From contig NC_086107.1 of the NCBI RefSeq assembly GCF_963921235.1, positions 99,202,001 to 99,266,000 of the forward strand: 64,000 nucleotides of DNA, in the 5' to 3' direction. This DNA comes from Mobula hypostoma (taxonomy: Eukaryota). A model generated the notes under the pieces. That model ran no database searches and was not told the DNA's origin. It was given only the letters and a program-made list of their open reading frames with translations. Below, piece after piece: positions 61,901 to 64,000 of this stretch. Each line of letters starts with the position of its first letter. Within the stretch, counting starts at the first letter, position 1. The position numbers and the translations under genes are program-made.

Positions 61901-64000
61901 TTACATTAAATGAAAATATCGAATAAAAGGTCCCCAAATCTGTTCAAATTTAAATGAAGAATCATAAAGGTTACTTCTAATTTTCTCCAGATTCAAACAT
62001 AAAATCGTCTGAGAAAACCAAAAAAAGGTAGTTGGAGCATTAAGCTCTTTCCAATGTTGTAAAATACATCTTTTCGCCATTAAAGTAAGAAATGCAATCA
62101 TTCTACGGGCTGAAGGGGAAAGATTACTAGAAATTTTAGGTAGTCCAAAGATAGCAGTAATAGGGTGAGGAGAGATATCTATATTTAATACCTTAGAAAT
62201 AATATTGAAAATATCTCTCCAAAAAGTTTCCAAAGTAGGGCAAGACCAAAACATATGAGTTAAAGAGGCTATCTGCCCCGAACATCTATCACAGAAAGGA
62301 TTAATATGCGAATAAAAACGCGCTAACTTATCTTTGGACATATGTGCTCTATGAACCACTTTAAATTGAATTAGGGAATGTTTAGCACAAATAGAGGAAG
62401 TATTAACTAATTGTAAAATCTGCCCCCAATCATCCACAGAAATGGTAAGCCCCAATTCCTGTTCCCAATCTACCCTAATCTTATCAAATGGAGCTTTCCT
62501 AAGTTTCATAATAATATTATAAATCATAGCCGATGCACCTTTCTGACATGGATTAAGGTTAATTATCGAATCTAAAATATATATAGGAGGAAGCATTGGA
62601 AAGGAAGAAAGTATAGTACTTAGGAAATTTCTAACTTGTAAATATCTAAAAAAATGTATTCTTGATAAGTTATATTTATTAGATAATTGTTCAAAAGACA
62701 TAAGGGAACCATCTAAAAATAAATCCAAAAACCGTAAAATACCCTTAGTCTTCCAAGTTTGAAAAGCGCGATCCGTAAAAGAGGGAGGAAAAAATATGTT
62801 ACCTAAAATAGGAATCGCTAACCCGAATTGATTAAGATCAAAAAATTTTCTGAATTGAAACCAAATGCGCAAAGCATATTTAACTATCGGGTTAGAGACC
62901 TGCTTAAGACGTTTCGAATCAAAAGGAAGAGAGGAACCTAAAATAGAACCAAGTGTATAACCCTGAACAGATTGTAATTCCAATGCTACCCATTTAGGAA
63001 TAGATAGTATGTCCCGGTCAAGTAACCAAAATTTCATATGTCGAATATTAATAGCCCAATAATAAAATCTAAAGTTAGGTAATGCTAAACCTCCATCTCT
63101 CTTAGCTTTCTGTAAATGTATTTTACCCAGTCTCGGATTCTTATTCTGCCAAATAAATGAAGAAATTTTAGAGTCAACTTTATCAAAAAAAGATTTAGGA
63201 ACGAAAATTGGTAATGCCTGAAACACATATAAAAATTTTGGCAAAAAAAACATCTTAACTGCATTAATACGACCAATCAAAGTTAAATATAAGGGAAACC
63301 ATTTAGATGAAAGTTGAGTAATATGGTCTATTAATGGTAAAAAGTTAGTCTTAAATAAATCTTTATGTTTACAAGTAATTTTAATCCCAAGATATGAAAA
63401 GTAATTATTAATCAATTTAAATGGAAATTTATAATATAAGGGAAGATGTTTATTAATCGGAAAAAGTTCACTCTTACTAAGATTTAATTTATAACCTGAG
63501 AAAAGACCAAATTGCGCTAATAACTCTAAAACAGCAGGAATGGATCTCTCAGGATTAGAAATATATAAAAGTAAATCATCAGCATAGAGTGATAATTTAT
63601 GGGACTTTAATCCCCGAGTTATCCCAGTAATATTTGAAGATTCTCGAATAGCAATCGCAAGAGGTTCTAATGCAATATCAAATAATAGGGGACTAAGAGG
63701 ACAGCCTTGTCGAGTACCACGAAAGAGAGGAAAAAAAGGTGAGTTTAAGGAGTTAGTACGAACCGAGGCTACAGGGGAGTGATATAACAGTTTAATCCAG
63801 GATATAAATTTCAAGCTAAAATTAAACATTTCAAGCACCTTAAATAAATAAGGCCATTCTACTCTATCAAAAGCTTTCTCGGCATCTAAAGAAATAACAC
63901 ACTCAGGAACATTTTGTGAGGGAGTATAAACGATATTTAACAATGTACGAATATTATAAAAAGAGTAACGACCTTTAATAAAACCCGTTTGGTCTTCCGA
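61901..64000 (-). CDS. L1-clade LINE ORF2 (RT plus C-terminal CCHC), truncated by the window edge
   Basis: 700 open codons to the edge: DQTGFIKGR, LDAEKAFDRVEW, GTRQGCPLSPLLF, YADD, YLGI, GGLALPNFRFYYWA, CDRC..LTHMFWSC. Confidence 0.93.
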   Translation of the reverse strand, partial: SEDQTGFIKGRYSFYNIRTLLNIVYTPSQNVPECVISLDAEKAFDRVEWPYLFKVLEMFNFSLKFISWIKLLYHSPVASVRTNSLNSPFFPLFRGTRQGCPLSPLLFDIALEPLAIAIRESSNITGITRGLKSHKLSLYADDLLLYISNPERSIPAVLELLAQFGLFSGYKLNLSKSELFPINKHLPLYYKFPFKLINNYFSYLGIKITCKHKDLFKTNFLPLIDHITQLSSKWFPLYLTLIGRINAVKMFFLPKFLYVFQALPIFVPKSFFDKVDSKISSFIWQNKNPRLGKIHLQKAKRDGGLALPNFRFYYWAINIRHMKFWLLDRDILSIPKWVALELQSVQGYTLGSILGSSLPFDSKRLKQVSNPIVKYALRIWFQFRKFFDLNQFGLAIPILGNIFFPPSFTDRAFQTWKTKGILRFLDLFLDGSLMSFEQLSNKYNLSRIHFFRYLQVRNFLSTILSSFPMLPPIYILDSIINLNPCQKGASAMIYNIIMKLRKAPFDKIRVDWEQELGLTISVDDWGQILQLVNTSSICAKHSLIQFKVVHRAHMSKDKLARFYSHINPFCDRCSGQIASLTHMFWSCPTLETFWRDIFNIISKVLNIDISPHPITAIFGLPKISSNLSPSARRMIAFLTLMAKRCILQHWKELNAPTTFFWFSQTILCLNLEKIRSNLYDSSFKFEQIWGPFIRYFHLM

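Overview
Repeat-dense vertebrate genomic DNA, most likely from a cartilaginous fish (ray or shark). This is inferred from HE1-like V-SINEs, DeuSINE remnants and abundant CR1, Rex1/Babar-like and Penelope fragments. No complete host gene is present. A CpG island at about 33.7-34.6 kb holds a 14-bp palindrome containing a CLEAR/E-box (GCGTCACGTGACGC) and a probable 7-codon first exon (MEAARAA|gtgagt) of an unidentified + strand gene, so the right half is probably its first intron. Well-defined mobile elements are: a PIF/Harbinger deletion derivative with TIRs and a TAA TSD, a solo LTR with a 4-bp TSD, an RTE LINE with a 5' inversion bounded by an 11-bp TSD (twin-priming geometry), Penelope-derived segments carrying minimal hammerhead ribozyme motifs, Tc1 and pogo remnants, tRNA-derived SINEs, and an uninterrupted 700-codon 3' part of an L1 ORF2 running off the right edge. 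Several mini- and microsatellites explain the long low-complexity ORFs. Family names come from recalled motifs, not database searches; coordinates of degraded repeats are approximate.
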